The position numbers and the translations under genes were made by a program. A DNA stretch of 64,000 bases. It comes from a virus. The notes beneath the pieces are model-generated. The model did not search any database. It saw only the letters and a program-made list of their open reading frames with translations, and was not told the DNA's origin. Location of the stretch: IMG/VR virus record IMGVR_UViG_3300033565_000007, positions 33 through 64,032 of that record; one strand, given 5' to 3'. The first letter of the stretch is position 1, and every line of letters begins with the position of its first letter. Below, piece after piece: positions 46,464 through 57,000 of the stretch.

Positions 46464-48074
46464 ATGACCGGTTTCGTCGTCCGCAACTTCAGCGGGGTGG
46501 CGCCGCGCGTGAATCCCCGTCTGCTTGCCGACAATAAAGCGCAGAGCGCGTCGAACTGCGTCGTGACGTCGGGAACGCTGCGCCCGCTGAAAACGAATCT
46601 GGCGGTGATGACGCTGCCGAAGTCCGGCACGATCCGGACCATTCACCGCTTCGGGCAGGACGTTGCGGAAGACGATCGGTACTGGTTCCACTGGGCGGAC
46701 GATGTCGATGTCGTGCGCGGTCCCATTTTCGGCGACACGCAGGAGCGCACCTACTGGACGGGCGACGGCCTTCCCAAGGTCTCCGACAACTCGATCGCGC
46801 TCTCGGGCGGCACGCAGTACCCAATGAACGCCTACACGCTGGGCATTCCGGCGCCGGCAACTGCGCCGATCGCGACCGTGGGCGGCACGGCAACGCCTGG
46901 TGCGCTGGCCGAGGCGCGGGTTTATGTGGAAACGTTCGTCTCCGGCTGGGGCGAAGAAGGCTGCCCCTCAAACGCGTCGAACGAAGTCGATGTGCTGCTT
47001 GGGCAGTCGGTCACGCTGTCGCTCTCGGCCGTGCCGACCGGCGCCTACAACCTGACCGCGCGGCGCATCTACCGCTCGGTGCCGGGATCGTCCGGCACGC
47101 CCTACCTGTTTGTCACCGAAATCCCGATTGCCAGCGCCACCTACACCGATAGCCTGACCGCTGATGCCCTCGGCGAGTTGTTGCCCTCGCTCGACTACGC
47201 GATGCCGCCGGCGGCGTTGCGGGGGCTTGTGGCGATGCCGGGCGGGGTGATGGCCGGGTTCGTCGGCCGCGACGTTTTCTTTTGCGAACCGTTCAAGCCG
47301 CACGCTTGGCCGATCAAGTATTCGCAACCGGTGGATTCAGAGATTGTCGCGCTCGCCGTCTTCGACACGACGCTGCTCGTCCTGACCAAGGGGGCGCCGA
47401 CCATTATTTCGGGCTCGCACCCGGAGAACTACACGCCGGTCAAGTGCGAGCTTCCGCAGGCGGGCGTTTCCAAACGCTCGGTGGTCGACGTCGGCGGCGG
47501 CGTCGCGTACGCTTCGCCCGATGGACTGTTCCTAGTCGGGGGCGGCGTAACGCGCAACCTGACCGAAGCCCACTTCACGCGTCGTGAGTGGCAGGCAATG
47601 AGGCCGTCAGAACTCAGCGGCTACCTCATCGACGGGCGCTATGTCGGTTTCAACAGCACCGGCGGCTTCGTTCTCGACCTGATCAGCGGCGACCTGATCC
47701 CGCTCAACTGGACGGCCAGCGCCGGGTTCTACGACCCGATCCGCGACGCGTTGTTCTTGGTGACGGACGGCAATCAACTCGTCAAGTTCGACGCCGGCGC
47801 TACCGACTCGACGCTGACATGGAAGTCGAAGGACTTCTATGTTCCGAAGCCGATCAACATGGGCGCTGCGCGCGTCGAGGCGGCCGCGTACCCCGTCACG
47901 TTCAAGGTGTATGCCGACGGCGTCCTGAAACACACGCAGACCGTCTCGAGCGCGCTGGAATTCCGGCTTCCCGATGGTTTCTTGGCCCATACCTGGGCGT
48001 TCGAGGTTTCCGGTACGCATGAAATCTATAGCGCGGCCATCGCGGAAACCGCGCTGGAACTGCAAAATGGGTAG
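46464..48074 (+). CDS. Tail nozzle/stabilisation protein
   Basis: [12 protein letters not shown]...[11 protein letters not shown]...WKSK.F. Confidence 0.8.
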   Translation: MTGFVVRNFSGVAPRVNPRLLADNKAQSASNCVVTSGTLRPLKTNLAVMTLPKSGTIRTIHRFGQDVAEDDRYWFHWADDVDVVRGPIFGDTQERTYWTGDGLPKVSDNSIALSGGTQYPMNAYTLGIPAPATAPIATVGGTATPGALAEARVYVETFVSGWGEEGCPSNASNEVDVLLGQSVTLSLSAVPTGAYNLTARRIYRSVPGSSGTPYLFVTEIPIASATYTDSLTADALGELLPSLDYAMPPAALRGLVAMPGGVMAGFVGRDVFFCEPFKPHAWPIKYSQPVDSEIVALAVFDTTLLVLTKGAPTIISGSHPENYTPVKCELPQAGVSKRSVVDVGGGVAYASPDGLFLVGGGVTRNLTEAHFTRREWQAMRPSELSGYLIDGRYVGFNSTGGFVLDLISGDLIPLNWTASAGFYDPIRDALFLVTDGNQLVKFDAGATDSTLTWKSKDFYVPKPINMGAARVEAAAYPVTFKVYADGVLKHTQTVSSALEFRLPDGFLAHTWAFEVSGTHEIYSAAIAETALELQNG

Positions 48075-49659
48075 GCTCGGCTTCCCGGCGATTTCATCGA
48101 AATTGCCCTCGGACCTCCGGCAGTTTCTGGAACGTGTGCGCGAAGCGATCACCGACGGCGACTTCCTAACGCGCCGGGACCTGGTCGGCGCCGGGATCGG
48201 TGCCTACGACAATTACGGGAATCTCGTGCCCGGAACTGGCGACGGCGGTAGCGGCGTAGGTGTCGATTTGACGCCCCCGCCCGCGCCGGTGAACGTCGTC
48301 GCGACGGGCGCGATGACGACGATCATTCTCGAGTGGGACGACCCGCACTACGGCAATTTCTCGTATGCGGAAATCTTCCGGTCGGCGACCAGCCTTTTCG
48401 CCGATGCGGTGCACGTCGGTGTGTCGTCGGGGATGCTGTACGCCGACCCGGTCGCGCCGGACTCGAGCTATTGGTATTGGGTGCGCTTCTGGTCAAAGGC
48501 GAACATCGTTGGTCCGTGGCACGGGACGGTCGGCATTCAGGGGCAGACGGCCGTCGATCCAACGTATCTGCTCGACGTCCTGACCGGCGCGATGGGGAGT
48601 CAGCCGTTTTTTGCGATCAGCGAGCCGACCGTCATCAACGGTGTGACGATCCCGCCGGGCGTCTACATGAAAGCGGCGTATATCCACGACGCCGCGATCA
48701 CGAACGCGAAGATCGGCAACCTCGCCGTCGATTCTGCCAAGATCGCCAATGCGTCGATCGTCACGGCGAAGATCGACGACGCAGCGGTCACGTCGGCGAA
48801 AATCGCCAACGCGGCAATCCAGACGGCGCACATCGAGTTGGCGGCGATCACGACCGCAGTCATTGCCGACGCAGCGATTACGAACGCCAAGATCGGCAAC
48901 ATCATTCAATCTACCAACTATGCGGCGGGCGTCTCCGGCTGGCGGATCAACAAAGACGGCACCGCCGAATTCCACAACATCTACGCGCGCGGCAACATCC
49001 AGGCGACTTCGCTGAACGCGGCGACCGGGACTTTTACCGGCGCGCTACAGGCCGCGACCGGGACCTTTGCCGGTGCCGTGAATGGCGGCTCGTTCAATGC
49101 GGGCGCTTTCACCGGCTACGCCTGGCCCCCGGCAGGACAGTACGGAGCGCATCTGAGCGGGAGCGGCTTGCTGATCGGCAACGCCAACAACGGAACGTAT
49201 TTTCAGGTGACAGCGGCGGGCAATATCTACGCGCCAGGCTTCCATGTTGAAAATGGCGTGCTTACCGTTTCACAGGCGAACGTCATTGACACCCTCAATA
49301 TCGCCGGCAATGCGGTCACGATCCCAGTCAGCGCGCAAGGGGGTGCCAGCGTCGCGGCGGCGATCTATTCCAGCGGTGGCGTCATTCAAATCATTGGCTC
49401 TGTGTCACACACCTCTTCTGGCCCTTACGGTGGGAGCGCTCCGGTCCTAGACGTCGTGCTTTATCGAGACGGCTCGCCGATATTATCCCGGCCTCTGCCG
49501 ATAACGACCCAGCTCGGAAACGAAAGCCAATCCAATTATTACGCAGGCTCGGGGACGATTACCTATAGCGAGCAGCCGGGCGCTGGTTGGCACACTTACA
49601 CGATCGGCTCAATCGGTGGGGGCGCGTCGAATATCTGTCTTTTGGAGACGAAACGCTAA
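48067..49659 (+). CDS. Tail fibre/host-specificity protein
   Basis: FN3-like YWYWVRF, AAIT.AKI repeats, [12 protein letters not shown]. Confidence 0.8.
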   Translation: MGRLGFPAISSKLPSDLRQFLERVREAITDGDFLTRRDLVGAGIGAYDNYGNLVPGTGDGGSGVGVDLTPPPAPVNVVATGAMTTIILEWDDPHYGNFSYAEIFRSATSLFADAVHVGVSSGMLYADPVAPDSSYWYWVRFWSKANIVGPWHGTVGIQGQTAVDPTYLLDVLTGAMGSQPFFAISEPTVINGVTIPPGVYMKAAYIHDAAITNAKIGNLAVDSAKIANASIVTAKIDDAAVTSAKIANAAIQTAHIELAAITTAVIADAAITNAKIGNIIQSTNYAAGVSGWRINKDGTAEFHNIYARGNIQATSLNAATGTFTGALQAATGTFAGAVNGGSFNAGAFTGYAWPPAGQYGAHLSGSGLLIGNANNGTYFQVTAAGNIYAPGFHVENGVLTVSQANVIDTLNIAGNAVTIPVSAQGGASVAAAIYSSGGVIQIIGSVSHTSSGPYGGSAPVLDVVLYRDGSPILSRPLPITTQLGNESQSNYYAGSGTITYSEQPGAGWHTYTIGSIGGGASNICLLETKR

Positions 49660-50270
49660 TGTCGAAACTAGTCATCATCGGCGCCTATGGCGAGATCATC
49701 AGGGTTGTGACCTGTCCCGATTCGATGGACGCCAATCAGGCGGCCGAGGGAGAAACCGCGCAAGCATGGGTCCAAGGGGTCGGCTTCGGCACCCACTATT
49801 ACGACGATGGCGATTTTCACGAAATACCGGCAGCGCCCGGCCAATATTATTTTTGGGATTGGCCGACGCATGCTTGGATCATTTCAGCGACAGCGCTCGC
49901 CGATGCCAAGGCCAAACAGTCGGGAATTGTCTCCGCTGCTTGCAAGGCGCAAATCGTCGGCGGCTTCCTCTCCTCGGCGCTCGGCGCCGCGCACCATTAC
50001 CCGGCCAAATCGAACGACCAGCAAAACCTGTCGGCGTCGGTGCTCTCGAGCCTGCTGCCGGGCCTGCCCCCTGATTGGGTGACACCGTTCTGGTGCGCCG
50101 ATAGCGCCGATGTCTGGGCCTTCCGGCTGCACACGGCCGCGGAAATTCAGCAGGTCGGCACCGACGCCAAGGCCGCGATCCTCGCCGCGATGGGCAAGAA
50201 CGAAGTCTTGCAGGCGCTGGTAGCTGCTGCCAGCACCATTGAGCAGGCCCAGGCGGTTGTATGGGACTGA
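49659..50270 (+). CDS. DUF4376-like tail-fibre-associated protein
   Basis: GF.SSALGAAHHYP....DQQNL...HTAAEIQQV. Confidence 0.78.
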   Translation: MSKLVIIGAYGEIIRVVTCPDSMDANQAAEGETAQAWVQGVGFGTHYYDDGDFHEIPAAPGQYYFWDWPTHAWIISATALADAKAKQSGIVSAACKAQIVGGFLSSALGAAHHYPAKSNDQQNLSASVLSSLLPGLPPDWVTPFWCADSADVWAFRLHTAAEIQQVGTDAKAAILAAMGKNEVLQALVAAASTIEQAQAVVWD

Positions 50271-50536
50271 GGAACGTTGTTATCGCGCTTGACCAAGCGC
50301 TGAATTGCTGCGTCAAGCTCACGGACGGATGGGGCGAGCCCGACGAAATGCTGTCGGCGCGGGCATATCGGCTTCGCAAACAACACCCGGCCCTGATCAA
50401 GTGGTTCGATCGCCTATTCTTCTGGGACCGCGATCACTGCCAGGAATGCTACGAAATCGAGTTGAGCCGCGCGCAGTTGCCATCCGAATACCGGGATGGG
50501 GCTGAGGGCAAGGCGACGCCCAACCTCGGGGAATGA
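50261..50536 (+). CDS. Small conserved tail-region protein
   Basis: IALDQALN...PDEMLSARAYR...DRLFFW...HC. Confidence 0.78.
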   Translation: MGLRNVVIALDQALNCCVKLTDGWGEPDEMLSARAYRLRKQHPALIKWFDRLFFWDRDHCQECYEIELSRAQLPSEYRDGAEGKATPNLGE

Positions 50537-50549
50537 TCGGACGACTGTC

Positions 50550-51032
50550 ATGAATTTCGAGCTCATGAAAGACCGCGAGTTGATGCTCTACGCCTTCAAG
50601 GGCGACCAGGCGGCCGTCGATTACGTGTTGATGGTCGTTCGTGTTGCCGACGTCTGGGACAACCTCATCGATCGCGACAAACCGGTCAGCAACGAAGAGA
50701 TCAATGACGCGTTCTGGAAAATGTCGGTCGAGATTCCGCGGAACGCGTTTTACCGGGCGCACATTGACGACCTTCTGCCGGTAATGGCGACCGGCATCCT
50801 CAACTGGATGGCTGCCAATTCGATCGAGCGTGACCGCACCGAGCGGCGGGCGATCGAGATTGCGCACGTCATTCGCTACAGCATCGCTGACATTTGCCTG
50901 TTGGCGGCGACGTTGTGCGGCGGTCTTCAATGGGCAGAGCACGTCGCCGCAGAATTGCGACTGCGGTCGCAGAGAAGCGACTTGAACGAATACATCACCA
51001 GTCTTCAAGGAGTTGAACATGCGAGCAAATAG
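50550..51032 (+). CDS. Conserved helical protein with (D/H)xWD(D/N)LID motif
   Basis: ADVWDNLIDRD...NAFY..H; upstream of the ejection proteins. Confidence 0.8.
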   Translation: MNFELMKDRELMLYAFKGDQAAVDYVLMVVRVADVWDNLIDRDKPVSNEEINDAFWKMSVEIPRNAFYRAHIDDLLPVMATGILNWMAANSIERDRTERRAIEIAHVIRYSIADICLLAATLCGGLQWAEHVAAELRLRSQRSDLNEYITSLQGVEHASK

Positions 51033-52125
51033 GAAATTGATTGCGATCCGGTCGGCAGATGTTGCCGATGACCTGATCAGCCAGAAGCATGCTTGCTTCT
51101 TCGACATGGGTAACGACGCTCCCGATCCGCCTGACTACACCGCGACCGCCGCTGCGTCCGAGAAGTCCGCGCAGCTTGGCAAGGAGCTCGGCGACGCCCA
51201 ACTGGCCGAGGCACGCCGCCAGTACGATGAGAACATAGCGGTCGTCAAGCCGATTGTCGACGCCCAGACCGGTTTGATGAAGCAGAGCATCGATCAGGGC
51301 GACGAACAGTACAACTACATGAAAGACACCTTCCGGCCCGTCGAGGCTGGATTGGTCAAGGATGCGACCGACTTCAGCACCGAGGGCGCGAAAGAAAAAT
51401 ATGCGCGCACCGCGGCGGCCGACCTTGAACAGCAGCAGTCAAACGAGGCGGCCCAGACCGACCGGGCGCTGTCGGCGGCGGGCGTCAATCCGAATTCGGC
51501 CAAGTTTGTCGGACTGAAGCGGATTCAGGAAATCAGCAACGCAGCCGCCCGCGCCGGCGCGGTGACCAATGCTCGGGATAAGGCCGACAGCCTGTCGTTC
51601 GCAAAGCGCATGGACGTCGCCGGACTTTCCCGCAACCTCACTGGCGCCTCGCTAGGCTCCTACGGCCTTGCACTCAGCGCCGGCAACTCGGCCACGAGTA
51701 ACCAGATGGCTCCCGGGCAGGCACTGACGAGCGGCGTAGCGCAGGGCACCGGCACGATCATGCAAGGGCAGGGGCAGAAGGTGCAAGGCTTGACCAGCAT
51801 CATGAACGCCCAGACGAGCTACGCGAACAGCAATCAGCCGGCCGACTATGGCGGCGCACTCATTGGGGCGCTTGGAGGCATCGGCTCGGCGGCGCTACTC
51901 AGTTCGGATCGTCGGCTGAAAGAGAACATCGAGTTTGTCGGGATCGACGAAGGCACGAATCTTCCGTTGTACGAGTTCAACTACATCGGAAAGCCGGGCA
52001 CGAGGTTCCGCGGCGTCATGGCCGATGAAGTGATCCATCCGTTCCCTGACGCCGTCACTTTCGACAGCGAAGGATTCGCGTCAGTGAATTACGAAAAACT
52101 CGGCATCGAAATGCGTGAGGTTTGA
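51019..52125 (+). CDS. Internal virion/ejection protein with C-terminal peptidase S74-type chaperone domain
   Basis: APDPPDY near the N-terminus; SSDRRLKENI...LYEFNY...GVMADEV...VNY. Confidence 0.82.
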   Translation: MRANRKLIAIRSADVADDLISQKHACFFDMGNDAPDPPDYTATAAASEKSAQLGKELGDAQLAEARRQYDENIAVVKPIVDAQTGLMKQSIDQGDEQYNYMKDTFRPVEAGLVKDATDFSTEGAKEKYARTAAADLEQQQSNEAAQTDRALSAAGVNPNSAKFVGLKRIQEISNAAARAGAVTNARDKADSLSFAKRMDVAGLSRNLTGASLGSYGLALSAGNSATSNQMAPGQALTSGVAQGTGTIMQGQGQKVQGLTSIMNAQTSYANSNQPADYGGALIGALGGIGSAALLSSDRRLKENIEFVGIDEGTNLPLYEFNYIGKPGTRFRGVMADEVIHPFPDAVTFDSEGFASVNYEKLGIEMREV

Positions 52126-52126
52126 T

Positions 52127-54004
52127 ATGGGACACAGCGGAAGAAACAACCAAGCGCTCGACGCGCTGCATGCGTTCGGCATTGCCTATGGCATGACCAA
52201 AGGCGTGATGCTGGATAAAGACCTGCAGAAGGCCGGCGATGTGAAGCCGGAGACCGTCGACAATGTCCAGGTGGCCGACAACACCCCGAACACCGAAGGC
52301 ATGGTGCAGGATTCGGAAACTGGTCGTTACGTGCCGAAGCTGTTCGATGCCGACGGCAACATGACCGAGGCCGGCCTCACGCAGACCAACGGCGTCGAAG
52401 GCGGCGAGGCGAGTCCCGGCGTAGATCCGACCTTCAAGAGCACGACGACGCGCAGCTACCGCTTGGGCGACACCGAGCAGGCCGCCCCGTTCTCGCAGGA
52501 ACAACTCGACGCCCGGCGCTACCGCAACCAGGCCGACGTCTATTCGAAGCACGGCCTGCCGGAACGGGCTGCGTCGATTCAGGGATTGGCGAAGGCGCGC
52601 GAGGAAGAGGCGACGATGAAGGATATCCGCGCCGGCGGCGTCGCCGGGCTGAAGAACGGCAAGGACATGCGCGCCGAAGAGAAGAACTTCGCGATCACCA
52701 AGGGGATGTACGAGAGCGCGCTGAAACTCAACCGACCGGACCTCGCGGCGGGCTACTACGCGCAAATGAACAAGGCGCGCGACGAACTGCTCGCGCACGC
52801 CAACGACCGGGCAGACAAGGTCTATCGCGCCACCGGCGGCAATATCAGCGGCTTCGTCGACACCTACAACAAGTATGTCGCCGACGGCAATACGATCGAC
52901 GCATTCCAGCGCAACGATGACGGCTCGCACACTTTCAGCATCAACGACGGCACCGGCAAGACCCGCGACATCAATGTCCCGAAGGAAAAGATCAGCGAAT
53001 ACCTGCTGGCGCTGCGTGACCCGAAGCGTATCGCCGAACTCGAGCAGCGTCGCGCCGAGATCCTGTTCAAGGCGAGCGCCGACGCGCAGGAAGCGCTGAA
53101 CAAGCCGGTCGCCGTCGGTAGGGATCAGACGCTCGTCGTGCCAAGCACCGGCCAGACCTTCGCGCCGGGCGCCAACCGCGGCTTCGACCCGAAGGAATCG
53201 GGATCCGTCCTCGACGACATCAGCAAGATTTTCGTCAGCAAATACGGACAGGCCGATCCGAACAATCCGCTCGCACCGAAGGGGCTTAGCGACGAAGGGC
53301 TCGCCAAGGCCTCGCTCGCGCATCGCCTGTTCATGGAAAACCGCAATCTGCCGCCGGCTGCCGTCGCCGAAATCGCCGACAAAGGCACGCTCGGCGTCGC
53401 GACGGTCGAGATCGGCGGCCAGATGCACAAGGTTCCGGCCGTCCATTACAACGGCCGCGCCTTCCTGCTGGGCGGATCGAACGCCGGTATGCCGACGCCC
53501 GCGCCGCAACCTACCGCCGCGCCGGGGCCGACCGGTCTCGGAACGCGCAGCGTCAGCGGCAAGATTGGCGACTCGGGCTTGCAGCGGGTCGAACCGTCAA
53601 AAAAAGCTGAGCCGGTCGCGTTCAATGCGCCAGAACTCGACCGGCACGCCAGCGAAGTGGAACAGGCGCTCGGACTGCCTTCGAACCTGCTTCTCGCCGT
53701 CAAGAACGTCGGCGAGCGCTCGAACAACGATCAGGTGAGCCCCAAGGGCGCCGCCGGCGTGATGCAGTTCATGCCGGCCACGGCTCGCCAGTACGGGGTC
53801 GATCCGACCAATCCGCAGCAGGCGATCGAAGGCGCCGGGCGCTACCTCGTCGATCTCATCAAGCAGTACGGCGGCAACGTCGCCGCGGCCGTCGCGCACT
53901 ACAACGGCGGATCTTCGCAGGGGCAACTCGTGGCGGCCGGGCAACAGCCGTCCTACCCCGAAACACGCGCCTATGTCGCGCGCGTGATGAAGTCCCTCGC
54001 GTAA
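52127..54004 (+). CDS. Internal virion protein with C-terminal lytic transglycosylase
   Basis: GERS...SPKGAAGVMQFMPATA...AHYNGG. Confidence 0.9.
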   Translation: MGHSGRNNQALDALHAFGIAYGMTKGVMLDKDLQKAGDVKPETVDNVQVADNTPNTEGMVQDSETGRYVPKLFDADGNMTEAGLTQTNGVEGGEASPGVDPTFKSTTTRSYRLGDTEQAAPFSQEQLDARRYRNQADVYSKHGLPERAASIQGLAKAREEEATMKDIRAGGVAGLKNGKDMRAEEKNFAITKGMYESALKLNRPDLAAGYYAQMNKARDELLAHANDRADKVYRATGGNISGFVDTYNKYVADGNTIDAFQRNDDGSHTFSINDGTGKTRDINVPKEKISEYLLALRDPKRIAELEQRRAEILFKASADAQEALNKPVAVGRDQTLVVPSTGQTFAPGANRGFDPKESGSVLDDISKIFVSKYGQADPNNPLAPKGLSDEGLAKASLAHRLFMENRNLPPAAVAEIADKGTLGVATVEIGGQMHKVPAVHYNGRAFLLGGSNAGMPTPAPQPTAAPGPTGLGTRSVSGKIGDSGLQRVEPSKKAEPVAFNAPELDRHASEVEQALGLPSNLLLAVKNVGERSNNDQVSPKGAAGVMQFMPATARQYGVDPTNPQQAIEGAGRYLVDLIKQYGGNVAAAVAHYNGGSSQGQLVAAGQQPSYPETRAYVARVMKSLA

Positions 54005-54028
54005 TCACAATCACAAGGACATTGGACT

Positions 54029-57000
54029 ATGGCTCAAGGTCTTGAGCGGATTCCGCTCGCCGTCGATTCCGACTTCCAGTATCAGCCGGTGCGCGCGAAC
54101 TTTCCCGAGCAGAAGCAGCCGGAGATCAAGTTCATCGGCTTCGAAGCCGATCAGGCTCCGGTCGAAGCGGTTCCTGCTACGAAGATGGGCCTTGGCGACA
54201 CGCTTTCCTCGCTCGGCCGCAACGTCTGGGACGCGGTCGTCTACCACACGCCGGCGGCGGTCGCCGCGGCGATCGAAGGCGACGATCCGTTCGCGACGAA
54301 GGACTGGAAAGACGCGCTAATCGAACGCGCACGCAAGCGGGAGCAGGAAACGAGCAAGGTTGGCGACGACAAGGTCAAGACGGCGATTCCCGGCGTCAGC
54401 GCGCAGGACATCAACTCGGTCGGTCCGAGCCTTGGCTTCTCGGCCGTCGGAGCTGGTACCGGACTTGCCGTCGGCGTACCGGCCGCGGCAGCGGGCAGCG
54501 TCGTCGCGCCTGGCGTAGGAACGGCAGCAGGTTACTCGGCAGGCATGGCCGCGTCCGGCACGGCCGCCTACCGCATGGCGACGAATCAGTTCATCCGCGA
54601 CCTGCACGAGAGCGCGAACGAGGAAAGCATCAAGACGACCGGCAAGCCGATCAGCGACCAGGCGTTCAAGGACAAGCAGGCGCAGCTCGCCGACGTCATC
54701 AAGTCCTATGGCCTCTGGGAAGCGGTACCGGAAGCCGCCGGCAATGCGCTGTCGTTCGGTATTCTGACGGCGCCGGTGAAGGGCGCGATCGGCAAGCTGT
54801 TCGGCAAGAACATCGCGACGCGATTCGCCGGCAAGGCCGGTTCGCTCTATGGCGAGGAACTCGCGACCGAGACCGCGACGCAGATGGGCCAGCACAATGC
54901 CGAGGTCGACGCCGGGCTCAGCAAGGATCCGAAGCGCGACTTCGCGTCAGCGTCCGACTGGGCCCAGTCGGCAAAGGAAGTTGCCGCGCCGACGATTCTG
55001 CAAACCACGCTGATGGCTGGGGGCTTCAAGGCAGCACACGGTCTCGCGAACCGCGGCGCCAAAGCCGAACCCAGCGTCGGCGCGCCGCCGGCATCTTCGG
55101 ATCAGCCGACTCAACCGACTCCGCTGGAAGGCGAGTTCATCGGCGCCGAGCCGCCGGGCGGACGGCCGCAACTCCAAACGCCGGCGATCGACGGCGAATT
55201 TTCGACCGTCGGCGAACTGCCGCGCCTCACGCTACCGGCGCCGGCCGACGGCGGGCCCACCCCGCGCGAGCTCGCCGCGGCGCGCGGACTCCTGAATCAC
55301 CACTCCCGGCCATCCCCTGAACTGCTCCAGCGCACGCTCGGCTACGACGCCGACATGGCTGCGCGCCTCTATGCGCACTGGCTCGAGACCGACAAGAAAC
55401 AGTCGCCCATTCCCGATTCGACCACTCAACCGCAAGGAGAAAGCCTTGGCCCTACGTCCGATCAAGCCGTCGAAACGCAAACGCAACGAGCGGAAGAAGA
55501 ACAAGCCCCAGTAGTCGCGCCGCCGACGACGCTTGATGTTCTCGCGCACGGCGCGGCGACCTCGCCGTTCAACGCGCACCCGCAGCCCAGCGAGGCCCAG
55601 CGCGAGGCGGGAAATTATCGCAAGGGACACGTCTCGATTCAGGGGCTCGACGTCTCAATCGAGAATCCTGCGGGGTCCGTGCGCTCTGGCGTCGACGCCG
55701 ACGGCAAGCCGTGGCAGACCGAACTGCAGCACCACTATGGCTACCTGCGCGGCACGGTCGGGCGCGACAAGGATCATCTTGACGTATTCATCGGACCGAA
55801 CGCCGAGGCGGCCGACACGGCGTACGTGATCGACCAGATCAACCCGAAGACCGGGAAGTTCGACGAGCACAAGGTCCTTCTCGGCGCGGCGTCGAAACAG
55901 GAAGCGAGCGAGATTTACCACGCGAACTATCAGGCGGGCTGGAATGGCCTTGGCGCCATTACGGCAATGCCGATGGCCGAATTCAAGAACTGGATCCGCA
56001 GCGGCGATACCAAGGCGCCGCTCGCCTATACCGACCAGACCGCGCGCGCCGCGACGCCGGCGGTCGAAACAATTGCCGGAACGCCGGCAAGTGAGCTGCC
56101 GGATGCCTCGCTGCAGCAACTCGCGAAGAGCAGTCAGCCGGCCGCCGAGAAAGCCAAGCGCGAACTCGCAAGGCGGTCTGCACCGATCATGCGACGGGAC
56201 GATCTTGTCGGCGCCATCATGCGCGTCACCGGCGGCAACGGCATCGCGGCGAGCATGAGCGAAACCCTGATCGGCGAGAAGGCGAATCGGGTCGGCAACC
56301 TGCGCGGACTCTTTACACAGCGTGGACAGATGGACATGGGCGACCTCGCGATGCTGCTGCGCGAGGAAGAGGGCTATGACGTGCGCGACGCCGCCCAGCT
56401 CGAGGACATGATTCGCGAGGCTGCGGCCGGTAACGTCCCGATCAGCATGGCGCGCCAGGAGCGGGAAAAAGCCGGGAACGAAGAGAAGAAATACCGCGCT
56501 GACATCAGGCAGCGGGCAGCGGCTTTCGGGATCAAGACGGTCGGCAAAAAACACGACGATCTCGAGCGCGAAGTGCTTGCGCGCGAGGCCCAGGAAGCGC
56601 AAGATGAAGCGGATGCCGAGCGGGCCGCGATCCAGGCGGCAGACTCGGGCGTCAGCGATGACGACATCAACGCGATGCTGCAAATCGCCGCGGAGGACGA
56701 GCATGAAAGTGAAATCAATCAGCGACAATACGCTTCAGAAGATGCTCAAGCCGATCGGGGAAGAGGGCGCGCCGACAACGCTGACGCCGTCCCAGCGAAT
56801 CAGCCGAGTGAAGAACAACCGGTTCGTGCACGCGCTGGCGAAACTGCCGCAGCAGAAGCGCGGTCTCGTGTTGAAGGGCGTGGCGCAGAAGCGCGGCCTG
56901 ATCTAGCCCTCGCCGGACAGACGAACGAAGAGGCGGCTGCCCAGGCCGCCCAGCAGGACCAGCAGGAAACCACCCCCAGCAAGCAGCAAGCCGACACGGA

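Noticed and set aside
48690-48900. AAIT.AKI repeats as a novel array
   Set aside because: Common coding repeat in phage tail-fibre shafts.
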